From Thermococcus sp. JdFR-02 (GTDB lineage: Archaea > Methanobacteriota_B > Thermococci > Thermococcales > Thermococcaceae): DNA of 64,000 nt. A program made the position numbers and the translations under genes. Location of the stretch: NCBI GenBank assembly GCA_002009975.1, contig MTLP01000028.1, positions 1 through 64,000 on the forward strand, written 5' to 3'. Positions 8,560 to 18,208 of this stretch are shown here, piece after piece (the stretch's first letter is position 1; every line of letters starts with the position of its first letter). Under the pieces are notes generated by a model. It saw only the letters and a list, made by a program, of their open reading frames with translations. It was not told where the DNA came from and did no database searches.

Positions 8560-9776
8560 CATTAATTCTTGGAAAAATCGGTGATCACATTATAGAGCGC
8601 TTTGAACTGCCGGGCGTTTTAGGGGAGATCTTCATAGGAATGCTCTTAGGGAACTTGATTTTCTTTGGAATACTGCCTAACAGTGCTTTAATCCTGCATG
8701 ATGAGACCTTTGAGTTCTTAGCTAAGATTGGTATAATCTTCCTCCTCTTTCTAGGTGGCTTGGATACAGAGGTTGAGATGGTTAAGAAAACTGGTGTAGT
8801 TGCGACTGTTTCTACGATTGGTGGGGTTTTTGTTCCATTGATTTTGGGCTATATTACAGGTTTTTACTTGTTAAAATTCTCTTCAAGAGAAGCCTTTACA
8901 ATGGGTGTTCTTTTAACAGCTACCAGCATTGGGATTACAGTTAGAGTCATGATGGATTTAGGAGTTTTAAGGAGCGAAGTTGGGGCTGCATCCCTTAGTG
9001 CAAGTATTATGGATGACTTTTTAGGTATTGCTCTGATCATATTTGCAGTTGGTAGTGGTAGTGTTTTGGAGCTTGGAGAGAAAATAGCCTTGTTCTTTTT
9101 CATAACTGGGATAATAGCGTGGTATGCAATTGATAAATACGTTAAATTTGCCGAGTGGCTTAGAGTTGAGATGGGAGTTTTAGCATTGTCGATTGGTTTG
9201 ATGTTCATATTTTCAGCTCTGGCAGAAAAATGGTTCCAAGCTGCAATTGAAGGAGCTTTTATGAGTGGTCTTGTCTTATCTAAACTCCCAGAAGGTAAAA
9301 GAGTCATGGAAGAGGTTAGATCGATTGGATACGGTCTTTTCATCCCGCTGTTTTTTGTTTACGTTGGTGCTCAACTTGACCTGAGGGTTTTTACTCATGG
9401 TGATGCCATTAAACTTGCAACCATTATAACACTTCTAGCAATACTTGGGAAAGTGTTAGGTAGGGGAATTTTTGCTCGCTTAGCTGGATGGGATTGGAGG
9501 AAGTCGATTCAGATGGGTATTGGTTCCATACCAAGACTGGAAGTTGCTTTAGTTGCGGTAATGGTGGCAATTCACGGCGGGGCAATACCTAAAGCACATG
9601 CTCAATATTTCATGGCAGCGACGTTGGTGTTCGTGACTGTTACAACTTTAATAACTCCACCTCTGCTTAAGCTGGCATTTAAGAGCGAAATTGAAGCTAT
9701 GAAAAAGCAGAAAGTTGAGAAGAGAAAAATCGCAATAGAAGAAAGTAAGCAGAGGATCAGCGAGGTTAAAAAATGA
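8523..9776 (+). CDS. Cation:proton antiporter (CPA2/NapA family)
   Basis: PGVLGEI, LLFLGGLDT, ATSIGIT, MDDFLGI, FIPLFFV.VG, GKV.G, IPR.EV. Confidence 0.9.
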   Translation: MEPEYALLTIGVALILGKIGDHIIERFELPGVLGEIFIGMLLGNLIFFGILPNSALILHDETFEFLAKIGIIFLLFLGGLDTEVEMVKKTGVVATVSTIGGVFVPLILGYITGFYLLKFSSREAFTMGVLLTATSIGITVRVMMDLGVLRSEVGAASLSASIMDDFLGIALIIFAVGSGSVLELGEKIALFFFITGIIAWYAIDKYVKFAEWLRVEMGVLALSIGLMFIFSALAEKWFQAAIEGAFMSGLVLSKLPEGKRVMEEVRSIGYGLFIPLFFVYVGAQLDLRVFTHGDAIKLATIITLLAILGKVLGRGIFARLAGWDWRKSIQMGIGSIPRLEVALVAVMVAIHGGAIPKAHAQYFMAATLVFVTVTTLITPPLLKLAFKSEIEAMKKQKVEKRKIAIEESKQRISEVKK

Positions 9777-9852
9777 AATTTATGACAAAGGTTAAAAGTG
9801 TTGATATCTTAAATTTTACTAGTGGGTTAGGCATTTGTTGAGGTGCTAGAAT

Positions 9853-10578
9853 ATGAGTAACCCCTATAATGGATTATCTCATGCTAGTAGAATTTCAACG
9901 GGCGTAAAAGGTCTTGATGAGCTTATGGAAGGGGGTCTTATACCAGGGAGGGTTTATTTAATTGTTGGTCCTCCTGGAAGTGGAAAAACAACGCTCTCTT
10001 TTCAATTTCTGATCCATGGGGCAAAAATTGGGGAAAAAGGTCTTTATGTATCTCTAATTGATAGACCTGATGAAGTTGTTCAAGACATTGCTCGATACGA
10101 GCCGTCTATATTTGCCTATATAAAATCTTGGAAAATCATGCTTTATGACTTGGGAGCAGTGTTGTGGAAGGAAACTACAAAAGTTCCAACTTGGAGGAGT
10201 GTCCTTTCAAGAATTAGGGACATAGCAGAAGATGAAAATGTTGATAGGCTTGTTATAGATCCTTTAAGTGCTATAGAATTTTCAGTTTCCAATCCAGCTG
10301 AGAAAAGGGCAGAACTTGCAAGGTTTATTAGGGGATTGGAGGGCTTAAACGTTACCACGTATTTAGTTGCAGAAATGACAGACCTAAACAAATATACGGC
10401 AGAACATTATTTGGCGAGCGGGGTTATTATGCTTCACAATTTCATGTACAATTATAGAATGATAAGAGCGATTCAGATACTGAAAATGAGGGGAACTAGG
10501 CATGATACAAATTTGAAGAAGATAGAGTTCACATATAATGGGATAGTGGTCTTTAACAAATCCCCCTTCGAGGATTGA
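9853..10578 (+). CDS. KaiC/RAD55-like single-domain ATPase
   Basis: STGVKGLDELMEGG, Walker A GPPGSGKT, Walker B LVIDP, ILKMRGT.HD. Confidence 0.9.
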   Translation: MSNPYNGLSHASRISTGVKGLDELMEGGLIPGRVYLIVGPPGSGKTTLSFQFLIHGAKIGEKGLYVSLIDRPDEVVQDIARYEPSIFAYIKSWKIMLYDLGAVLWKETTKVPTWRSVLSRIRDIAEDENVDRLVIDPLSAIEFSVSNPAEKRAELARFIRGLEGLNVTTYLVAEMTDLNKYTAEHYLASGVIMLHNFMYNYRMIRAIQILKMRGTRHDTNLKKIEFTYNGIVVFNKSPFED

Positions 10579-10588
10579 GGTGTAGGCT

Positions 10589-11005
10589 TTGGAAAAGAAA
10601 AAGTTGCTGGAAAGGGCGTATAAACTTGGATACTTTGTGGGTTATTATGGACACACTGAATGGGTGTTGTGGATTATTGAAGAGAAGGAGAAGATATATT
10701 CTAAGGCAAAAGCTCTTGGAGTGTATAGCGAAGCAAAAGAAGCATACATGCTTGGAAAGAAGGAGGGTGCAGAAAAGAGAGAGGAGATTATCAATAAGGG
10801 ACTATCTATAAAACCTGAAGAAGAAATAAAAATGCTTAAAACTATAAAATCTGAGCTCTCAGAAGCTGTAATTGAAGAGCAAAAGCTCCATTATTTGGCA
10901 TTTTTAAAATCTCCTGAGATAATAGACTCCCCGAGACTGCTTGAAATAATAAAGCTTGTTGATAAACCCAAAATTCTTAATCTTCCCGATTTTCTTAAGG
11001 GGTGA
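10589..11005 (+). CDS. Hypothetical protein, 138 aa, between KaiC and GH57
   Basis: TTG start with GAGGTG RBS; repeated AY.LG motif; abuts the GH57 gene. Confidence 0.75.
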   Translation: MEKKKLLERAYKLGYFVGYYGHTEWVLWIIEEKEKIYSKAKALGVYSEAKEAYMLGKKEGAEKREEIINKGLSIKPEEEIKMLKTIKSELSEAVIEEQKLHYLAFLKSPEIIDSPRLLEIIKLVDKPKILNLPDFLKG

Positions 11006-11010
11006 TTTTA

Positions 11011-12810
11011 ATGTTTCAGAAATTTGCTTACCACTTCCATGGTTATCAGCCAGGGGATATAATCTATATCCACGATGGCTCTGGATGGGACCCAATAAAG
11101 TATTCGGAGCGCCTAAGTCCGATCTCTTTAAAAATTAGGGAGATAGAGGTGAAAGGGAGAAACTGGACGAGGACAGTTATAAAAGCGTATGAATATGTAA
11201 ATGACACTTTAGGGTCATTAAAAGAAAAGAGTGTAAGCGTTGATATAGAGCCCTTTACACTTTTCATGATCCTTCGCTATAAGCCAAAGATTTATGGAGA
11301 AATCGTTGAGCTTTTTGGAGAAAAAATTGAAGCTGTTCCTACACCTCCTTTTCACCCCATAATGCCTCATTTAAGTACTTTTGAACAGAGCATTCTAGCT
11401 AGAGTCTCTTTTGACTTTTATGTTCCTTTTGTTGGAGATAAAGATGTCATTGGTTTTTGGCTTCCAGAGAATGTAATAACTAAAGAAACCGCAAAGATAG
11501 TTGTTGAATCTGTGAACAAAAATGTGCTCTTTCTTTTAGATGAAAGGCAGTTTATAGGGTTGCATTTTCCACAAGCTAAGCTCTCATGCAACACATACAA
11601 ATGTGATGATAAATTGGCTTTTGTTTTTGGACGGGATCATGAGCTCAGTGATGCATTTGCCTTTAATACTTTAGATGTTGAAGGACTAATTAGAGCGGTT
11701 GCAGAGGGAAGAATCGATGTTTTTAAGGAGAAATTAGAGATTCCCTATTTGGTTTATCTTTCAAGTGATTTGGAAGCTTTGCTTAGCAATCCACAGCAGC
11801 TTGATAAGTTTTTAAAATGGATTTCCGGGCTCAAAGAAAGAGGAGTTGAAATCATAAATGCTGTTGAGTTCGTAAGAAAGAAGAAAACTCAGGGCTTTAA
11901 GGTTTTAAATGGTGAGTGTAGCGAGCATTTCAGAATCAATGTCAAAGATTACTCTAGCTGGAGCGACTACTATGATTTAAGCTTAGATGGAAGAACGAGT
12001 GATATGCGCTGGACTGGAGTTAGGAGAGAGGATAATAAGGTTATTTTTAGATGGTATAAGGGTAGGAAAGTTTCTCAACTTTGGAAATTTGCTTATACAA
12101 AGCTTTTTAGAGAGTTAAATAGGGCAGTGCGTTTTGGAGTTTTGGGACTAATAAGAAAGTATCATCCTGCAGATGAAGAGCAAATTAAGGAGTTTTTAGT
12201 TAGGTATGCAAGGATTTTCTTTAGAGAACACTACGAATACTTCGGCTTAGACACAAGTGTTGAATATGTAACTGAGCCGATTAAGGAAGTTGATCCAACT
12301 TTAAGCCTAAAGCTTGGAAGAATTTACTACATAATGCTTTTAGCAAATCATTCCTGTCCAAGATTTTGGGAAAACATAGACACTAGAGTTACATTTGGAA
12401 ATGTTGTAGCAATTAGTAAAGCTTTAATTGAGCTAATGAGCCTTTATATTGAAGAGGGATTGCATGAAAGGGCTAATTTTCTCTTGTTGGAATACATGAA
12501 GCTCTTAGCCTTTCCACAGCTTTACTATGACTATGAACTTTTTAGAATGAAAGGTGTGGAAGGGTGGGAAACTACAGAAGAAGCATGGTTTGAGAGTTTA
12601 AAGAGCGAGGTTCCAAATAGTAAGTATAATGTCATAACGAGGGCAGCGTTATATGTGGGGAAAGAAGCATTGCCGAGCGATATAAGGCAAGCAATTGAAG
12701 CATTATATGATTTAAAGCAAGCGGTTGCAGATACAGGGCATATTCCGGGAGAAATGCATGGAAATTGGGAAAATAAAGAATGGTGTGAGCACAAGGCAAA
12801 GCTTGAGTAA
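11011..12810 (+). CDS. GH57 glycoside hydrolase (maltose-forming amylase type)
   Basis: HFHGYQP, FHPIMP, GFWLPE (nucleophile), SDLE, SSWS, ANHSCPRFW. Confidence 0.85.
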   Translation: MFQKFAYHFHGYQPGDIIYIHDGSGWDPIKYSERLSPISLKIREIEVKGRNWTRTVIKAYEYVNDTLGSLKEKSVSVDIEPFTLFMILRYKPKIYGEIVELFGEKIEAVPTPPFHPIMPHLSTFEQSILARVSFDFYVPFVGDKDVIGFWLPENVITKETAKIVVESVNKNVLFLLDERQFIGLHFPQAKLSCNTYKCDDKLAFVFGRDHELSDAFAFNTLDVEGLIRAVAEGRIDVFKEKLEIPYLVYLSSDLEALLSNPQQLDKFLKWISGLKERGVEIINAVEFVRKKKTQGFKVLNGECSEHFRINVKDYSSWSDYYDLSLDGRTSDMRWTGVRREDNKVIFRWYKGRKVSQLWKFAYTKLFRELNRAVRFGVLGLIRKYHPADEEQIKEFLVRYARIFFREHYEYFGLDTSVEYVTEPIKEVDPTLSLKLGRIYYIMLLANHSCPRFWENIDTRVTFGNVVAISKALIELMSLYIEEGLHERANFLLLEYMKLLAFPQLYYDYELFRMKGVEGWETTEEAWFESLKSEVPNSKYNVITRAALYVGKEALPSDIRQAIEALYDLKQAVADTGHIPGEMHGNWENKEWCEHKAKLE

Positions 12811-13128
12811 CTAATATAGGGCTATATCTCCCCTTTCTCCAGTTCTAACCCTTATAGCATCTTCAACATTAGAAACGAATATTTTCCCATCTCCGGGAAT
12901 TCCTCTTCTTGCGTTTTTAATTATCACATTAATAACTTCTTCAACATCTTCATCTTTAACAACGATCTCGATCTTCATCTTTGGCAATAAATCATAGGGA
13001 GGAACACCACCTTGAACTCCCCTGCCCTTTACGGGATATACTGTCAGGGGAACTATTCCAATTGCCTTTAATCCCTCTTTCACCTTGTCAAAAGCGTCTT
13101 CCCTAATAATAGCTTCAATCTTTTTCAT
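12811..13128 (-). CDS. glnB: PII signal transduction protein (GlnB/GlnK family), short T-loop
   Basis: MKKIEAIIR, GRG.Q, LPK.KIE, G..GDGKIFV, RVRTGE.G. Confidence 0.9.
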   Translation of the reverse strand: MKKIEAIIREDAFDKVKEGLKAIGIVPLTVYPVKGRGVQGGVPPYDLLPKMKIEIVVKDEDVEEVINVIIKNARRGIPGDGKIFVSNVEDAIRVRTGERGDIALY

Positions 13129-13184
13129 AAAACCACCAAATAATATATAGGCTCCAAAAGAATAAAAGGTTTTGCAAAAAGAGA

Positions 13185-15158
13185 TTAAAGCTGTTTGATG
13201 AATTTCTCAAGCCTCTTTTTTGAGATCTTAGTTTTTCTAGCTAATTCATCTAAATCAGCTCTCTTTAGATCTTCAATGCTCTTTATCCCTGCTTTTTCAA
13301 GTTTCTTGAGAGTTTTGGGCCCTATTCCCTTAATCTTTAGAAGCTCGCTCTCAGGCTTTTTGCTTTTCTTTACTCTTCTCTTAAACTTTTTCTTCTGTCT
13401 CAATATTGTTTCTCTTTTTCTTTCTCTCCAGACCATTACATAGGGATAAGAGACTTCACCCTTGCTTTCTTTTTGCTTTTCTTTGCTCTTCTCTTTTGGA
13501 ATCTCTGGAGGCTTAACAAATTCCTCTACTTTTGGTGGCTCTTCACTAACGTACACCTCAATATTTATTGGCTTGAAGGGATTGTCTATCTCTTCGACTT
13601 TTTCTAAAAACTCCTTCTCTGGGAACTCTTTTGCCTTGAAGTAAGTTTCCAATGCATTTGCTAAGCGGTGGAAGTAATTAGCATGCTCAAGGAGTCTTTT
13701 CTTTCCATAAAACTTTGCTTGTCCAGTTGTTATAAGGAATTGCCAATCACTGCTCTCAATTAGTAAGAGTTCTCTTCCAAGCTGTTCTAACACTCTATCT
13801 CCAAATTCATCCTCATGCAGGTATTTAGATGCTAACGCAATCATTCTGCGCTCTGCTAAATGAACATGCTCCCACATCCATTCAACCTCTGGGTTCCACC
13901 ATGTGTAATGGGTTCCATACATTCCCCACGAACCTTCTGGAAGCTCAATCTCATATTTTTCTCCCTTATAATTATCTAGGAACTTTGAAATTGTTGTGGT
14001 TTCAATTCCTTCTTTCTCCATAAGTTCGAGAACTCTCGCTAACCATTTAACTCCCTCAAACCACCAATGACCATAAAGCTCTGTATCGTAAGGGGCGACG
14101 ACAATGCCTTTCTCTCTATATTGTCTTTCATAATTCTCAAGGAGAGACTTCACTAAATTTACAAAATGCTTTGCATGTTCTTCAACCCTCTCAAGAGCCT
14201 TTTCTGGAACATAAGGTTCTTTTCTTCCCAAATCTAAACTCTTTGAAGTGATTCTCCAATACTGTCCTCCGCTTTCATCTGCTTTCTTGTGAAATTCTCT
14301 ATACCAGAAATCTCCAGGATAACCAATGTCGGCACTCCAAACTTGTAGTCCTGTTTCCCTATTTCTTGCGAAAACTGCTATGTTTGTATCTTTTATGAAG
14401 TATGGTCTTAGAGTTGATTTTTGCGTTTTTGCTGGCAAGATTTTTCCATATCCAAAACTTGCAGGCCCTTCATCAATCAAATGGCTTTCAACGAAAAAGA
14501 ATTCAATTTCATATTTTTGGAGAACTTTTTCTATTCCTTTTTTCCAAATAACTTCTCCGGTACTTGGGCTTCTCCAATAACCTTCTGGGCGATAGGCACA
14601 CTCTGGCAGCCAAATTCCTCTTGGCTTTCTACCAAAGTACTTCTCATAAGTCAAGATTCCATTGACTATCTGCCCTTCAATTGCTTCGTCCCTTTCTAGG
14701 AGAGGTAAATAACCATGGGTTGCAGCCGAGGTTATAACTTCAATGTATCCTTCATTTTGAAATTGTTTCAGCTTTCCCAAGATATCTCCGTTTATTGATT
14801 TCCAGTAGTTATAAACTTCTTCAAAGTAACCCACCATGTATTTTATTGCTCTCTTCAAGTTCTCCTCTTCATATTTCTCCAAGTCCTTTTTCATGGCACT
14901 TAGCTTTCTCTCCATATATTTTTCAAACTCCCTTTTCATGTATTCGTCATTCAATTGCTCCATTAATATGGGAGTTAAGCTGATTACAAGGTTGAATTTG
15001 ACATTCTTTCCTTTTAGCTCTTCAAATGACATAAGCAATGGCAGATATGTTTCAGCAATTGCTTCAAATACCCATTCTTCTCCAAAGGGCCATTTCCCGT
15101 GTTTCCTTACATAGGGAATATGGGTGTGTAATACAAATGTAAAATATCCTCTGGTCAT
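13185..15158 (-). CDS. GH57 1,4-alpha-glucan (glycogen) branching enzyme with C-terminal HhH domain
   Basis: HTHIPYV, THGYLPL, GIWLPECAY, YDTELYGHWWFEG, SSDWQF; C-terminal IKGIGPK HhH (TK1436-like). Confidence 0.92.
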   Translation of the reverse strand: MTRGYFTFVLHTHIPYVRKHGKWPFGEEWVFEAIAETYLPLLMSFEELKGKNVKFNLVISLTPILMEQLNDEYMKREFEKYMERKLSAMKKDLEKYEEENLKRAIKYMVGYFEEVYNYWKSINGDILGKLKQFQNEGYIEVITSAATHGYLPLLERDEAIEGQIVNGILTYEKYFGRKPRGIWLPECAYRPEGYWRSPSTGEVIWKKGIEKVLQKYEIEFFFVESHLIDEGPASFGYGKILPAKTQKSTLRPYFIKDTNIAVFARNRETGLQVWSADIGYPGDFWYREFHKKADESGGQYWRITSKSLDLGRKEPYVPEKALERVEEHAKHFVNLVKSLLENYERQYREKGIVVAPYDTELYGHWWFEGVKWLARVLELMEKEGIETTTISKFLDNYKGEKYEIELPEGSWGMYGTHYTWWNPEVEWMWEHVHLAERRMIALASKYLHEDEFGDRVLEQLGRELLLIESSDWQFLITTGQAKFYGKKRLLEHANYFHRLANALETYFKAKEFPEKEFLEKVEEIDNPFKPINIEVYVSEEPPKVEEFVKPPEIPKEKSKEKQKESKGEVSYPYVMVWRERKRETILRQKKKFKRRVKKSKKPESELLKIKGIGPKTLKKLEKAGIKSIEDLKRADLDELARKTKISKKRLEKFIKQL

Positions 15159-15334
15159 AAAAAGCCACCTCTTTTTTTAATTTCCTAAAATCTTTACTCA
15201 TCTTTGAGTATTTAACCGTTTTGGCGTGCAGATTCTTTTATAATTCAAAAATGGTTTATAAAAATAAAATAATTTTTCCACAAAAAGCGGGAGGTTTATA
15301 TTCGAGTTAGACATAGTTCGCCATGGTGGGAAGG

Positions 15335-17284
15335 ATGAAAGACGCTATGAGCAGTGTTGACATTAAATACGTTGTTGATGAGCTCCAATCTTTGATCGGT
15401 GCGAGAATTGATAAAATATATCACGATGGGAATGAAATAAGAATTAAGCTTCATGTCACAGGTGAAGGGAGGAAGGATTTGTTAATTGAAGCTGGAAAAC
15501 GAATTCATCTCACTACATATATTAAAGAGGCTCCAAAAGAGCCTTCATCTTTTACAATGCTCTTGAGAAAGCACTTAAGTGGAAAACGCTTGGAAGGTAT
15601 AGAGCAGCATGACTTCGATAGGATTGTCAAGCTTAAAACAGGAGAGGCAACCTTAATAGCAGAGCTTTTTAGGAAAGGCAACATTATTTTACTAAACGCT
15701 GAGAACAAAATTATTGGAGCTTTAAGATACGAGGAGTTTAAAGATAGGGCTATTAAGCCAGGGAGAGAGTATAAACTTCCTCCTGCAAGAGAAAGCCCAA
15801 TTGAAGTTTCGTTTGAGAGATTTAAAGAGTTAATTCAAGAGGAGATCGAGATTGTTAAAGCATTGGCAAGAAAATTCAATATGGGGGGTTTGTATGCTGA
15901 AGAAATCCTTCTCAGGGCTGAAATTGATAAGAAGAAGATTGCAAAGGAGCTTGGTGATAAAGAGCTTGAGCTAATTTTTGAAAAGATGAAGGAAGTTTTT
16001 AATGCCGAGAAAAAACCATGTATTGTTTACAAAGATGGAACTCCTATTGATGTTCTTCCAATAGAGCTTAAACAATACGAGAATTTTGAGAAAAGATATT
16101 TCCCTACTTTCAGTGAAGCCTTGGATGAATATTTTGGAAAAATAACTATTGAGAGGGCAAAATTGGAAAGAACAAAGAAGCTTGAGGAGAAGAAGAGACA
16201 GATTGAAATAACCCTGAAGAGGCAAGAGGAGAGCTTAAAAGCTTTTGAAGAGGAAATCAGGAAAAATAAAGAGCTTGGAGACTTAATCTATGCGAATTTT
16301 GCCTTTATTGATAACCTGATTAAAGAGTTTAGAAGAGCGGTAGAAAAATTTGGTTGGGAAGAATTTAAGCGTAGAATAAAAGAGGGAAAAAAGCAGCAAA
16401 ATAGGATAGCTCTGATGGTGAAGGGTATTGATCCAAAAAACAAAGCAGTTACAGTTGAGATCGATGGAAAAAACATAACCCTTTATTTGGACAGGAGTAT
16501 TGGAGAAAACGCTGAAATTTATTATGAGAGGGCTAAAAAAGCCAAACACAAGCTTGAAGGGGCAAAGAAGGCGCATGAGCAGACTATAATGAAGTTAAAA
16601 GAGGTAGAGAAGATAATCGAGGAGGAGATGAAGAAAGAGCTAGCAGTTAAAAAACTCAAGAAGAGGAAAAAGAAGTGGTTTGAGAAGTTCAGGTGGTTTA
16701 TAAGCAGTGAAGGGTTCTTAGTCATTGGAGGAAGAGATGCAACGACAAACGAAATCGTTGTTAGGAAGCATATGGAAGAGGATGACCTTTACTGTCATGC
16801 AGATGTTCACGGTGCTCCTCATATAATAATTAAGAAAGGAAAGAAAGCTAGTGAAAAAACTATTTTCGAAGCTTGTCAGTTCGCAGTTAGCATGTCAAAA
16901 GCTTGGAGTGAAGGTATTTTTAGTGCAGATGCCTTTTATGCTGATCCAAATCAAGTTACTAAAAAGGCTCCAAGCGGTGAATATTTGGGCAAAGGTGCTT
17001 TCATGGTTTATGGAAAGAGGAATTGGATGCGCGGAATTCCTTTAAAATTAGCAGTGGGTGTCGTTAACTATGAAGGGGAAGACTTAATAATGTGCAGTCC
17101 AGTCGATGCTTTAAAGGCTCACACAAACAAATACATCATAATAAAGCCAGGACGAACTAAAAAAAGTGATTTTGCTAAGAAAATAGCTAAGATTTTTGAA
17201 AAATGGGGTTATAAAGTGGAATTGGATGATTTGATGCAGGTATTGCCGCCGGGAGATGGAGATATAGCAGAGGTTGTGGAATGA
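15335..17284 (+). CDS. rqcH: Ribosome quality control factor RqcH/Rqc2/NEMF
   Basis: PSSFTMLLRKHL, DFDRI, AELF..GNIIL, GGLYAEE, WFEKFRWF.SSEG, GGRDA..NE, HAD.HG. Confidence 0.93.
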   Translation: MKDAMSSVDIKYVVDELQSLIGARIDKIYHDGNEIRIKLHVTGEGRKDLLIEAGKRIHLTTYIKEAPKEPSSFTMLLRKHLSGKRLEGIEQHDFDRIVKLKTGEATLIAELFRKGNIILLNAENKIIGALRYEEFKDRAIKPGREYKLPPARESPIEVSFERFKELIQEEIEIVKALARKFNMGGLYAEEILLRAEIDKKKIAKELGDKELELIFEKMKEVFNAEKKPCIVYKDGTPIDVLPIELKQYENFEKRYFPTFSEALDEYFGKITIERAKLERTKKLEEKKRQIEITLKRQEESLKAFEEEIRKNKELGDLIYANFAFIDNLIKEFRRAVEKFGWEEFKRRIKEGKKQQNRIALMVKGIDPKNKAVTVEIDGKNITLYLDRSIGENAEIYYERAKKAKHKLEGAKKAHEQTIMKLKEVEKIIEEEMKKELAVKKLKKRKKKWFEKFRWFISSEGFLVIGGRDATTNEIVVRKHMEEDDLYCHADVHGAPHIIIKKGKKASEKTIFEACQFAVSMSKAWSEGIFSADAFYADPNQVTKKAPSGEYLGKGAFMVYGKRNWMRGIPLKLAVGVVNYEGEDLIMCSPVDALKAHTNKYIIIKPGRTKKSDFAKKIAKIFEKWGYKVELDDLMQVLPPGDGDIAEVVE

Positions 17285-17312
17285 CTTAAGAAGGTGGAAA
17301 ATAAAAAGTGTC

Positions 17313-17579
17313 TCATGGTTTTTCCAAAACTATCTCAATTGTCGAGACGTTTAAGGTGTTACCCTCTTGACCTGGTATTTCCTCCGTTCCTATCTTTATT
17401 TCCTTTATTTGCACTCCTTGTAGTAGCTTGTTCCTAAGTATCTCTGCAACATCAACTGCTCTGCTTATTGACTTCCCCCTAGCCTTTATGCTAACTTCCT
17501 TTTCCCCACTGTTGAACTGGGTTATTACAGCCAAAACATAGTTCATAATTGGCTTCCTCCCAATGTAAACCTCTCCCAT
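17313..17579 (-). CDS. albA: DNA/RNA-binding protein Alba (divergent)
   Basis: [15 protein letters not shown]...[16 protein letters not shown]...STIEIVL; GGAGGTGA RBS before ATG 17579. Confidence 0.9.
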   Translation of the reverse strand: MGEVYIGRKPIMNYVLAVITQFNSGEKEVSIKARGKSISRAVDVAEILRNKLLQGVQIKEIKIGTEEIPGQEGNTLNVSTIEIVLEKP

Positions 17580-17712
17580 TTCTGTCACCTCCGAAATTTT
17601 GCAATTTGATAGTTTATATAAGAATATTTTAAAGTTTTCTGATTCTCCCAATGTTCTAGATTCTAAATAAACTTAATAAAGTTTCTAAGCTAACAAAAGG
17701 TGGGGATTTAGA

Positions 17713-18162
17713 ATGATAAACTTATATGCAATTGCTCAAAGAGATTTAGCGAAGGATTTAGTCTTTGAAATCGACGAGGAAGAGGTTATATTATCCATTA
17801 AAGGCGTCATGATCGCTAAAGCAGATTCAAAATCTTACAATTTATCCTTTGTTGAGGTGAGTGAGAACGAATTTGTTCTGGGTATTCAAATGAGAGGGTA
17901 TATAATTTACATTGGGCTTGAAAGTGACGAGGAAATTGATGAGGAGGTTTATCCAGAGCTTGTTAGGGCTTTAATTGCCCAATTGTTGCCTGTCTTAAAT
18001 AATTTAATAGAACAAGCGGAGAAAATGAAGTATAGGGAGAGTAGAAAAGCAGATATTCTCTTAGATGACAACATGAGCGATGATATGAGGGAATTCTTCT
18101 ATGAAATGCTTATAAGACGCATAAAGAATCTCCCTCTCTATGAGCAAACGGATGTTGCTTAG
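17713..18162 (+). CDS. Hypothetical acidic protein, 149 aa
   Basis: ATG start with GGTGGGG RBS; no motif recognised. Confidence 0.75.
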   Translation: MINLYAIAQRDLAKDLVFEIDEEEVILSIKGVMIAKADSKSYNLSFVEVSENEFVLGIQMRGYIIYIGLESDEEIDEEVYPELVRALIAQLLPVLNNLIEQAEKMKYRESRKADILLDDNMSDDMREFFYEMLIRRIKNLPLYEQTDVA

Positions 18163-18208
18163 CATATAGTTTATAAACCAACCCTCTTCAGCTTTTTTAG
18201 GTGGGTTA

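Noticed and set aside
10575-10811. 78-aa alternative-frame ORF
   Set aside because: The overlapping 138-aa frame has a proper RBS and typical composition
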